Part shown: piece after piece, positions 51,601-64,000 of the stretch
Layout of the letters: each line of letters begins with the position of its first letter
How positions within the stretch are numbered: the first letter of the stretch is position 1
Origin: Sphagnum compactum
Taxonomy: Eukaryota
Length of the DNA: 64,000 nucleotides
Assembly (NCBI GenBank): GCA_965153455.1
Contig: OZ234493.1
Coordinates: forward strand, 16,916,213-16,980,212
Direction: 5' to 3'
Made by a program: the position numbers and the translations under genes
Notes under the pieces: model-generated
Databases searched by the model: none
Told to the model about the DNA's origin: nothing
What the model saw: only the letters and a program-made list of their open reading frames with translations

Positions 51601-54600
51601 AAATTATATTTGTGTACATGAATGGTTATGTATAATGCAAATATTATTTGTGCATATAAATATATAAATTTAATTTCGAAATAAATTTTAAGGAAATTCT
51701 GAAATATGAATTTGTAATAATGTATGTTCAATATATGTAATTTATTATTTATTTTTAAATCAAATGTTAATATACAACAAATCAAGTAATTATGCATAAT
51801 TAATAATTTTGTGGAACTTAAATTTTTATTCATTTTTATACATATGATGTCTTAATTTTTTTTTAATTAAAATAAAAATTCATTGATTGTTAAGGTACAA
51901 TAAATGTTTTTTTTATAGATGAATGGGTCATTGGTTATGTATGATGATTTTTTTGTAGGCGTATAAATATTAAAATTTAATTTGAAAATAAATTTTAAGG
52001 AAATTTTGAAATATAAGTCAACTTAATAATGTGTATGCTCAATACATGCATAATTTATTATTTCTATGTAAGTTCAATTTCAGTTTACAACATATCAAAT
52101 AATGATACCTAATTAAAAAAATTTCGAATATGTTCAATACATTTGTAATTTATTACTTTCATGCAGATTAATTTTAATTTACAACATATCATGTAATGAT
52201 ACATAATTAATATTTTTTAGAAATTTAATTTTTATTCTAGTGTTGGCTATTAGTTCCAATAAGTTTTCATTCTTTCGTTTTATTATCATTCTATATTTAT
52301 TTGTTTATGATTAAATTATAATAATTATTGGAATATTTAGAAAATATATTTAGTAAATTATTATATAATTTCAGAGATTATTTTCATTTAACACTACTAT
52401 ACTTTGAGATATATTTTCTATATATTTTTCTTGTTTAATATCTATTATACTAGTTCATAAAAGTTCTGAAAGGTTAGATAAAAAGATGAATAATAATAGT
52501 TAAATAACTAGCCTAGCCTAACTACTAGTTACAATATTATTATTAATGTTGTTGTTGTATTTATAGCTAATTATTAATTATCACTACAATTTAATAATTA
52601 ATTTAATTAAAATATCATTTAAATTTTATTATTGAATATTTATATTTGAGTTAATTAATTGTTTTATGAAATGTTAATAAGAAGTTATAAAAGATTTGGA
52701 AATTCTAAAAATTTCAGTAATAATTAATAAATAAATAGATAATTACATTTCATTACTGATTTTCTTTAAAATAACTAATAACCATATTACTTGATAAATG
52801 ATGATAATATGTTTAATTGTTTAACTTACATAACTATACTTTTAAAATACTCATTAAACAATTACTATAAGTAATTAAAGTAAGTAGCTAAATCTAGGCT
52901 AGGTAGATTATTAGTTTAAGTCTAGGCCTAACTAAGCTTAGCCTAGCTTATACAATTATATTACAACTATTTGAGTTGCAATTAGGTTACAATTGTATTA
53001 CAACTAGATTACAACTAAGTTTTTTATCCCATATTGTTTGGCTTCCATTCCAAGAATCCAAACTATATAGAGGAGTGCACTAAGATTGTTAAAGAACACA
53101 ATAAACATGAAAATGTAATAGCCATTTGGGATGAGCCAATAAAAAAGGTTCAACCCTAAAGGTTAAACCAAATGAAATAGGATTTCATTTATTAATTGCC
53201 AAATGGCCGAGGTCTAGGCCTAACATAGGTGTTTAAGTCCAACCCTAACTTAAGCCTAAATTAAATGGCCTATTTAATATTAGCCTAAATGCCTAGGTTT
53301 CGACGTAACTTATGCTTAGGCACCATGTGGCCTAGCCTATTGATGTGGATGTACCATGTGTCATCTAACTATTTGTTGACCCCAAAATTTGTGAATGTGC
53401 CATGTATCAACATTGTGACTATGCCATGCGTCACCAAACAATTGGCCAAATGTTCAACTTACATAGTTGCAACCTAATTGAAATTGTAATTATATTTTTG
53501 GGTGACGTCATGCTTAATCAATGGATGAAGTTCATCCATGAGTCAAATCTAGTTGACAACATCCCTTGACTAGATTGGTATAACAATTTTCAACTAAATT
53601 GGCAAGTAGTGGCATGTAATGGTTATTGTTGTGGTGTTGACACGTGGCATACACTTTCGACTATAATTTCATTCTTGACTTGTACTTGTCGACATTACTA
53701 GTTAATAGTTGTACAAAATATTTCCCAGTTGCAAAAAACAAGTTGCAACTATATGTGTAGTTTTTGACTTGGTTTATAGTTGAACACTAGTTGAAAACAT
53801 AATTGCAAAAGGGGGGTTTTCTACTAGTATTTTAGTTTTACAGGGATTAGCACAATTCGTATCTCCCAAGAATTATTGTGGTGTTTTCTTTACAATCTTA
53901 TAGATGTGGATGCACTACTGCACTCACATCCACAATTCAACCTCTTAGGGTTGAATATTTATTTTGTAGAGTCAAGATCAAACTCTTAAGAAATTTTCCT
54001 TAAGAATAGAACATGTATTTCCAAAATTTGAACTTTCCAGCATTGTGGTTCTCTTCTTTTTTAATTAAATTTTGTTTGACATGGAGGTGCAAATATAATA
54101 GTTAAAGGATATAATTGTAAGCTCCATAATGTAATGTAGCAATGCCCCATTTGTATCATAACATCTAACAATTGTTGATATGTGGTTGGATAGTGGGTCA
54201 AGTGGCATCCAAGGGGTACAATATTATTAGTAGGAACTGAAGATTTCATAATTTGGCTTTGGAATGTTAAAACTGTTTCTTACAAGGCAGTGCTACATTA
54301 GGCCATGGTGGATCAATCACTTACATAGATTTTACTTCTAATGGTACCTTATGTTTTCCTTCAAAAACATTAAAAAAAAAAGACAAAAAAAATAAATTGA
54401 AAACATTTGATGATCCTTTGTATACTATTATGAAAATTCAAATGTTGAGGTATTGACACAATCTAAACATAGTCCATAGACAATGGGAACAATTGTAGAA
54501 AAGGCTTCACATAAAAACATTCATAGCATGTTTAAACAAGTTCCTTGATCATGTTGAGCACATTAGCACTAAGATTTGTGTGAGGTTGCATTTGCATCCA

Positions 54601-54648
54601 TATATGCCTACAAATGAAGAATTGTTCATGCATTAGTTTAATTTTAAT

Positions 54649-56138
54649 TCACAATTCATTGCACAACAAAAGATCAAGTCTAATTTCTTTGAGACACCTA
54701 CAAATAATTGAGAATTTTGGGCGTTCATGTGGATTAGGTGCCCAACACTCCTTGATCAACGAGAGTAATTGTGCAAGGTCACTGTTGTTGGAAGGCAAAG
54801 ATGGCCTTTCATGTTGTGGGGAACTAATTCTTTCAAGCACTCTTATTGGGGGGTTACCAAAAGGGTGCAAATTTCCAGATAAAATTTGTGAGCACATGAT
54901 TCCAAAGCTATAAACATCAGCCTTTTGTGCAGAATAATTTTCCCCAAAAGCCTCCGGTGCCCTCCATGGAGCTGCTCCACAAATCTTGGATTGCAACATT
55001 GATGCAGAGGTATTGACCTTTGTCTTTGCCAAACCAAAATCTGCCAACTTCACCTCAGCATACCCAGCTGCAGATAATTCAGGGTTTGTGTTGGGAGAAA
55101 CCAAGATGTTATTAGGTTTGAGGTCACGATGTACAACATCTTGTCCATGCAAGTATTCCATACCTAAAGTAATTTGTAACATAATGTCAATGGCTGCTTG
55201 AGGTGTGAATGGATAACGGCGTGAAACCTTTCGTTCCTTGATGTGTCTTTCTAGATTTCTGGGCATGAGCTCCATCAAAATTGAACACTTGGTAGAATCT
55301 TGATGGCAACATATCAATTGCACAATATGTGGATGGTTCAAGTTAGCCATGATTCCAACTTCATTTGCAAAATCACGGATTTGATCCTCATTATCAAAAG
55401 GATTAAAGGATTTTTCAGCACATACCATCCCAAACCATGTGCATTCAGAAACTGCTCCAAATGTGCCTAGCCCCAAAAAATTTCCTGGCTGTGTTTCCAA
55501 ATTGGTGGTCCACATAAACCATGGAAGTGGACCCTCTTGTGGGTTGTTGGCACTCATAACATTTTGAACCCTTTTTTGCAAATAATTTGCAAGCTTGATT
55601 TTTGCTCTTGTTTTAGAATCACCAGTAAGTCCATCCATTGGTTGCTGATGAAGCTCCACAATGTGCGCATTCCAAAACTGTTCATTATTACTTAGATCTT
55701 GCCTTTTGAGTTGTTCAAATCTCAAATGAACAGATTCCCATGTATAATCTTCATCCTTCTTTAACAACCTTGTGCACCATTGCCAATCAACAACAACAGC
55801 AACAAATGCATGCACATTGTTCATTTGTGCCAATAATGATTTGAGTTTCCTTGACACATCACTGCACTCTTGCACAATCAAGTCTGCTTTCTTCACAATG
55901 CGAAACAACTCTTTATATATTGGTGTTGCCCAAGTCTTGTTCATGAGATAAGACTTGCTGGCCACTATTGTGTCCACCATGCACTTGCACTGCAAGACAT
56001 TCACCTGTAGTTTTGAATTTTGGCTCGATGCTCGATCATCCAAGTCATGTATGGCTATTAAAGTCCTTTCTTTGAGAACTTCTCTGCTAGCAGAGTTTAG
56101 TGAAGTTGTTGTGAAGGTGACCTCAATATCATTGGCAC
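54649..56138 (-). CDS. Terminal exon: MLKL/DUF1221-like helical domain plus kinase, copy B
   Basis: Intact ORF, roughly 90% amino-acid identity to copy A by manual count; CAEK, HRDLKPNN, DFG and APE retained; acceptor CTGTAG|GT at 56139/56138. Confidence 0.88.
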
Positions 56139-57225
56139 CTACAGGAACACAATTCAAAGTATATGAAAGATGTAATGTCACATCTATGTGAAACATGAAT
56201 CACAATTATGCTTAGTTCAACAATATAATTCAAGGTACAAATATGCATCTAAGAGCAAAAAACCATGTTGAATAGTGGTGAAAACTATGGATTTTTTCAC
56301 ATATGTTTTTGTTTTGACATTTTAAAGATATGTTAATCATTTAAAGTTGTGTTAAATGACTAATATGAATGTTGAGGAAGTCATAATATAAGTTCATTCA
56401 ATTAAATTTTGGGTTTTGGGTTTAGTAAGTGACGTTTAAACTTGAACATGTGTTACGTGAGATTATGGTTTATTTTTCAAAGGACTATATGAAGGACTAT
56501 TTTAATAAAATAATTTTGATGGTAAAAAAAATTGGATGATAATAACCTACTACTCACATTCAAAAAAATATTCACAATTTAAAAGATATGGAATTTGAAA
56601 CTTTTAGAAATTCAAAGTATTTTTTAAAAATTTAAATTTGCAAAAGTCTTTTACACATGTAAATGGGGTGTAATGTGCATGACATAAAAAAAAAGTTGTA
56701 GTTTATGAAAAAGAAACAAAAACCTAAAGTAGTTAACATATTTTGATATGATTCAAAATTATGTTAAATTTACAAGATGAAATGCAAATCTTGGCAAATT
56801 TTACACACTTCAAAAATTTCATATTTATTCAACAATGATTAACACAAAAAATGTGATCTATTGGGGCAACTATATATGTATTTAATAACAAGTTGAAAAA
56901 TATTTCATTCAAAAATTATTTCATATGAAAAAGTGATAAAGGAACAAAAATGATTCATAGTCCTTTTATAATGTAATCTTGTTGGCTCTTTTGTGTGTAC
57001 TTGCACCTTTCAACAAACTTTTGCATGTGCAAGACTTGTATGTTAGCCCATGACAATATGTGTGTGTTTGTGAAGTCCTTTTTAATGAAGGTATGACAAA
57101 AACCAAATCTACTAATTATGATCCATGACTATCCTTTTCACTACTCTATTTTGTATCAGCTTCATTTGTGTTACTTCATGTAGACCATGAACATGGAACC
57201 TACAACAAGAGTGTAAGTAGAATAC

Positions 57226-57378
57226 CTTTTAGCTTAGCCTGATAACCATTTGAAGCATCTTCTAATGTGGACTCATCACCATCCAAAACATCCTTTAGCT
57301 CGAAGTGCATGTCTTCCACCTCTTCCTCTATTGTGCAACTCAAGTAATGGTTTGAACTTTCATTGACACCATCATTAT
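57226..57378 (-). CDS. Predicted acidic linker exon, copy B
   Basis: 153 bp, open, same splice dinucleotides as 6756-6908. Confidence 0.58.
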
Positions 57379-57686
57379 CTACTCCATTCCATGCACAGAA
57401 TAAATATGTTAGGATCCAAATATGACATATCTAGACGAAAAATGACCGCAATACCAACCGATGGCACAAACCAAGGCATTTGTTTATAAAAAAAAAATGT
57501 TTAAGTGAAAATATCATAGACATTGAAGGCTTCTTTTAGTATTATTTTGAATGACAAAAAATGTTTTTTTTCAGAATTAACAAAACCAAGGTCAATCAAA
57601 AGTGAGTGAGACATGGTGAATTAGGATAATAAATCATCTCATGAATGTTACTTGATTAGTGTGTTGTAAATTGGTTATTGAATCGC

Positions 57687-60600
57687 CTGTCATGAGAAGA
57701 TGTTTAAGAACACTTGGTTGGCTGTAAATTGATGAGAAATTTGGCCAGTTACTTGCCTCCACATCCCAACATTGCTCTATCAAGAATGGGTTTTCAATAT
57801 GAACATCAACCTTATCAAGGTCCTTAAAGCCTCCAACATAATCTTGCATGTTCCTTTTAACGTCTTCATGACTCTTCAAAGTGGATGCATTGTTTGGTTC
57901 AAGAACATCAGCCTTGTCAAGGTCCTCCAAGGCTCCAACATAGTCCTCCAAGTTCCTTTTGATTCTTCCACGAGTCTTCAAAGTGAAGGCATTGTCTGGT
58001 TCAAGAACACTAGCCTTCTCAAGGTCCTCCAAGGCTCCTTCATAATCTTTCAACACATATTTGACATTTCCACGAGTCCTCAAAATGAAGGCATTGTTTG
58101 GTTCAAAAACGTCAGCCTTGTCAAGGTCCTCCAAAGCTCCAACATAGTCCTCCAAATTCCTTTTGACTCTTCCACGAGTCTTCAAAGTGAAGGCATTGTT
58201 TGGTTCAAGAACATTAGCCTTCTCAAGGTCCTCCAAGGCTCCTTCATAGTCCTTCAACACATATTTGACATTTCCACGAGTGCTCAAAGTGAAGGCATTG
58301 TTTGGTTCAAGAACATCAGCCTTCTCAAGGTCCTCCAAGGCTCCAACATAATCCTGCAAGTTCATTTTGACATTTCCACGAGTCTTCAAAGTGAAGGCAT
58401 TGTTTGGTTCAAAAACATCAGCCTTGTCAAGGTCTTCCAAGGCTCCTTCATAGTCCTCCAAGTTCCTTTTGACTCTTCCACGAGTGCTCAAAGTGAAAAC
58501 ATTGTTTGGTTGAAAACCATCAGCCTTGTCAAGGTCCTCCAAGGCTCCTTCATAATCCTTCAACACATATTTGACATTTCCACGAGTGCTCAAAGTGAAG
58601 GCATTGTTTGGTTCAAGAACATTAGCCTTGTCAAGGTCCTCCAAGGCTCCAACATAATCTTCCAAGTTCCTTTTTACTCTTCCACGAGTGCTCAAAGTGA
58701 AGGCATTGTTTGGTTCAAGAACATCAGCCTTGTCAAGGTCCTCCAAGGCTCCAACATAATCCTCCAAATTTCTTTTGACATTTCCACGAATCATCAAAGT
58801 GGATGCATTGTTTGGGTCAAGAACATCAGCCATGTCAAAGTCCTTCAAGGCTCCAAACATAATCCTGCAAGTTCCTTCTGACATTTCCACGAATCATCAA
58901 AATGGATGCATTGTTTGGGTCAAGAACATCAGCCTTGTCAAGGTCCTCCAAGGCTCCAACATAATCCTCCAAGTTCCTTTTGACATTTCCACGAGTCCTC
59001 AAAGTGGATGCATTGTTTGGTTCAAGAACATCAACCTTATCAAGGTCCTCCAAGGCTCCAACATAATCCTCCAAGTTCCTTTTGACTCTTCCACGAGTCT
59101 TCAAAGTGAAAACATTGTTTGGTTCAAGAACATTAGCCTTCTCAAGGTCCTCCAAGGCTCCTTCATAGTCTTTCACCACATATTTAACATTTCCACGAGT
59201 GCTCAAAGTGAAAGCATTGTTTGGTTCAAAAACATCAGCCTTGTCCAGGTTCTCCAAGGCTCCAACATAGTCCTGTAAATTCATTTTAACATTTCCACGA
59301 GTCTTCAAAGTGAAGGCATTGTTTGGTTCAAGAACATCAGCTTTGTCAAGGTCCTCCAAGGCTCCTTCATAGTCCTTCAATACATATTTGACATTTCCAC
59401 GAGTGCTGAAAGTGAAAGCATTGTTTGGTTCAAGAACATTAGCCTTGTCAAGGTCCTCCAAGGCTCCAACATAGTCCTCCAAGTTTTTTTTGACATTTCC
59501 ACGAATCATCAAAGTGGATGCATTGTTTGGTTCAAGAACATCAGCTTTGTCAAGGTCTTCCAAGGCTCCAACATAATCCTCCGAGTTCCTTTTGACATCT
59601 CCACGAATCATCAAAGTGAAGGCATTGTTTGGGTCAAGAACATTAGCCTTGTCAAGGCCCTCCAAGGCTCCAACATAATGCTCTAAATTCTTTTTGACAT
59701 CTCCACAAATCATCAAAATGGATGCATTGTTTGGATCAAGAACATTAGCCTTGTCAAGGTCCTCCAAGGCTCCAATATAGCCCTTCAAATTCCTTTTGAC
59801 ATCTCCACGAATCATCAACGTGAAGGCATTGTTTGGTTCAAGAACATCGGCCTTGTCAAGGTCCTGCAAGGCTCCAACATAGTCTTCCAAGTTCCTTTTG
59901 ACATTTCCACGAATCATCAAAGTGAAGGCATTGTTTGGGTCAAGAACATCGGTCATGTCAAGGTCTTCCAAGGCTCCAACATAGTCTTACAAGTTCCTTT
60001 TGACATTTCCACGAATCATCAAAATTGATGCATTGTTTGGGTCAAGAACATTAGCCTTCTCAAGGTCCTCCAAGGCTCCAACATAATTCTGCAAGTTCCT
60101 TTTGACTCTTCCACGAGTTTTCAAAATGAAGGCATTGTTTGGTTCAAGAAAATTAGCTTTCTCAAGGTCCTCCAAGGCTCCTTCATAGTCCTTCAACACG
60201 TATTTGACATTTCCACGAGTGCTCAAAGTGAAGGCATTGTTTGGTTCAAGAACATCAACCTTTTCAAGGTCCTCCAAGGCTCCTACATAGTCTTGCAAGT
60301 TCATTTTGACATTTCCACGAGTCTTCAAAGTGAAGGCCTTGTTTGGGTCAAGAATATCAGCCGTGTCAAGGTCTTCCAAGGCTCCTTCATAGTCCTTCAA
60401 CACATATTTAACATTTCCACGAGTGCTCAAAGTGAAGGCATTGTTTGGGTCAAGAACATCAGCCGTGTCAAGGTCCTCCATGGCTCCAACATAGTCCTCC
60501 AAGTTCATTTTGACATTTCCACGAGTGCTCAAAATGAAGGCATTGTTTGGATCAAGAACATCAACCGTGTCAAGGTCCTCCAAGGTTCCAACATAGTCTT

Positions 60601-61220
60601 GCAAGTTGATTTTGACATTTCCACGAGTGCTCAAAATGAAGGCATTGTTTGGTTCAAGAGCATCAGCCTTGTCAAGGTCTTGCAAGGCTCCAACATAGTC
60701 TTCCAAGTTCCTTTTGACATTTCCACGAATCTTCAAAGTGAAAACATTGTTTGATTGAAGAACATCAGCCTTGTCAAGGTCCTCCAAGCCTCCAACATAG
60801 TCCTCCAAGTTCATTTTGACATCTCCACGAATCATTAAAATGGATGCATTGTTTGGTTCAAGAACATCAGCCTTGTCAAGGTCCTCCAAGGCTCCAACAT
60901 AATCTTGCAAGTTCCTTTTGACATTTCCACGAATAATCAAAGTGGATGCATTGTTTGGTTCAAGAACATCAACCTTGTTAAGGTCTTCCAAGGCCCTTTG
61001 ATAGTCCTTCAACATCTTTTTTGACTCTTCCATGAGTCTTCAAAGTGAATGCATTGTTTGGTTCAAGAACATTAACCTTGTCAAGGTCCTCCAAAGCTCC
61101 AACACAGTCCTGCAAGTTCCTTTTGACATCTCCATGAATCATCAAAATGGATGCATTGTTTAGTTCAAGAACATGAACCTTGTCAAGGTCCTCTAAAGGT
61201 CCTTCATAAATTTTCAACAC
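57687..61220 (-). pseudogene. TPR array exon, copy B: 34 units, disrupted
   Basis: +1 insertion in a T run (61017-61022), TAA at 59987-59989, +1 insertion at about 58857; donor is GC rather than GT at 57686; further degenerate units extend to about 61525. Confidence 0.8.
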
Positions 61221-64000
61221 AATTTTGATATATCAATAAATCTTTAACATATGTGCAATGTTTGGTTTAATAACGTCATGTTTATCAAGGTTTTCAAAGG
61301 TTCTTTCATCTTCCTCAAAGATGTTTTTTCATGTGCACAAGTTCTTAAACTTATTGAACTTTTGGTTCATTAAACTTAAACCTTGTCAAGGTCCTCCAAG
61401 ACTCCTTCATAGTCTTTCAACACCCTTTTCACATTTCCACATGTGTTATTTAAACGACTCCATTGTTTAATTCATGAACACTAGCCTTGTGAAGGTCTTC
61501 CATGGTTTTTTCGTAAGCCTTTCATTTTTCAAAAACATGAAATAATGGAAATACAAAAATATATGTAATTATCAATAGATTGAACATGAAACAAAACATT
61601 TGTGATAGAGATTTTTTTTTTGGAATTTTCTACCAAGCCTATGTCATCTTACTTTCATATAGATTTGAAATGTAATCATTATTGCACAATGATTGGCATA
61701 CATAATTCTTATCATTGATGATTATTCCACCACTTGGCTTTAAAAATGTGGTTTGCTAATAAACATCTCATTACATTATGCAATTTGCTCAATTCAGTAA
61801 ATGTAGATAAATGATGTGCATTTTAATCAATGTTTTTTTTAAAAATTCTTGATGAAGCTAGGTTGGCAAGCACCCCTAGGCAAATTTTGATTTAACTAGA
61901 GACATTTTTTCAAGGAACTTTTAAAATTGTAACCAACAAGCATAAATGTAACAACACTTTCACCCAAAAAATATTTTTAAATCACTTTTAGGCAAAAAAA
62001 AATTCCAATAAAAGGAATTTGTAGCGAAATAATTCATATGCAAAAAATTGATTGATCATAATTTTGTAGCATGTCTTACTATTGAAATTTCTCTTCCCAT
62101 TCCCTTGTCATGCAACTTGAATGTATATAAAATTGATTTGGTCCAAACATAAATGGGCAAATGATAAATTACAAAGAAAAAATTGTTGAATCATTTAGAA
62201 CATGCACTAATGTAGTTTAATTCGTTTGTTGATATTCCATTTCAATGTGATTTGAATGACAAACTTAATCATTGCCAAACAACATTGCTACACAACTCCT
62301 TCATGTGCATAATTACATGCATATGCACAAACCTTGTCCAACATTATTGTTGTTTTATTCCATTAGTTGAATGGAATTATTTCCTTGGCAAACATTATTG
62401 TAATACTTTACTTATGCAAAATTCATGACTTTTAATTGTTGTAAAACTACTTGGAGTAGCTAGAGGATGCAAGTACCATTTTTGTTTAAATTAAACTCTC
62501 TAATATAATCTTGTTTGAAATGTAAGAATATGGTGTTCGTGTTTTAATTACTCACCACTTGAATTTTGAAACAAACTCCATTCATCACAACCTTCATACC
62601 CTTGAATAAGAACACAAACTTAGTTTTGATGTTGCAAAACATATTAAATTCAAGATGATAAATGTTTGTGTGTGAAACACATACCTACAAGTTTTGAGAA
62701 ATTGCAAAAGAGGTGATGTTTGAATGATGTTGATAGATTTTGTTGTCCTTTTGTGTTGGTTGCTAGCTCAATGAAGTGCATGTGAGCATTGTGGCAATTT
62801 AGAAAACACCAAGTTAACCCACCTTAATAACAAATCATGGTAAATGAGCCTTTGTGCAAATTTGAATCATTATACAATTGTTATTCTAGGTCAAATATTC
62901 ATGACACTACTAATGCTTTCAAGGACATGGAACCAAAGTTTTGGTGTTTGAGACATACTAGGTTTGACATAAAAGATGTGATGGTATGTGAGAAGCATTC
63001 GCATGTGGCAATTGGATGATGAACACTCTTCTTGTTGTTGCATTGAGCCACAAAGCCCTATAAATGTATGGGAGGAGATTGACGACAATAGTGCAACAAG
63101 GCAACCAACCTTGATAAAAATTGGTAGCAAACTCCTGAATGAAAATATGAGCCAAGGGAGAATTAGTCCATTGGATTTCTTGCATTTATGCCAGACTAGC
63201 GAACAACTTGGAAGGTGGTTGTGATTAGAGGTTGAGAGAACGGATCCACATGCTCCTTCTAGGATGGTCATAACGTGTGCCATAATTTAGGCTGGTTAAA
63301 GTTTTCCGTGCGACCCGTTCAGAACTTTACTGGGGAATATATGCTGTGCTGTCTTTTCTCTTGTTGTCTTGTGCTTTCACATTGCTCAAGATTGGAAGTC
63401 TTTAATAAAATGATGCAATCCGTGTGTAAGTACTAGACCTGCAACTTCCTGTGATCACTATTTTTTTGGCTATAAGATTATGGATGCAAGTGGTCATCGA
63501 TGGATTGCGCCACCCATGTGTCAGCAAAGAAAAGTGAGGCCCGTTAGCAGTCCTTAGTCAGAACTTTCCTCTTACCATATGGTTCATGTCAACTCTTTGC
63601 TTTGTGTAGCTTTTTCTCCCCTCCTTACCTGCTGGGAAACATTGTCATAATTTCATTTCCCATAAAGTCATGGCACGTGCCCCATTTGGTGCTAGGCCCC
63701 AAACTTGAGCATGTGTAGGTTTTAGACTTGAAAATTTTCCTGCGACCGGTGCTTTTCAGGCGTTACAGAATTGATGTATTTGGTCATTGTTTGATGATGC
63801 ACGGGCTGTGTCAGGAGATATAATTGGGGTTGTTAGAGCTGGAACTAGTGAATTTTTTGTGGCTGAAATTCGCCATTTTGCTATTAAAAAGAGTCCCAAG
63901 CAACATGGTCAAGGGAACTTAAATCCTCGTATTTAGTTAATATGTTCTAGTGGTTTGCCAACATGTAATAAGATTCCTGGAATTTCTACTTCTTTATTTG

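Larger units (their letters stand above)
50753..64000. repeat. Segmental duplication copy B
   Basis: Collinear with 1-12315. Confidence 0.95.

Overview
AT-rich eukaryotic DNA with spliceosomal introns and many transposon relics. It looks like land-plant, probably bryophyte (Sphagnum-like), DNA; this is inferred from the repeat families, not proven. Two diverged copies of a segment of at least 12.3 kb (1-12315 and 50753-64000) bracket the window. Each copy carries, on the minus strand, a long array of near-identical 102-bp TPR repeats (23 in-frame units in copy A; 34 units with two frameshifts and a stop in copy B), a vestigial kinase C-terminal tail, a 153-bp acidic exon and an exon encoding an MLKL/DUF1221-like helical domain plus a complete kinase. 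Splice phases allow one 1350-aa TPR-linker-4HB-kinase protein in copy A. TPR variation concentrates at ligand-groove positions and repeats are homogenised within each paralog, which suggests a repeat-shuffling immune receptor/executor. The ~38 kb between the paralogs holds a hAT element, hAT MITEs, a Harbinger relic with a nested CACTA element, solo LTRs, an RTE-like LINE, F-box and WD40 gene fragments, and a chromovirus LTR retrotransposon with a self-priming PBS, a -1 frameshift pseudoknot and an inverted duplication of its 5' 1.9 kb. All coordinates and counts were read by eye.
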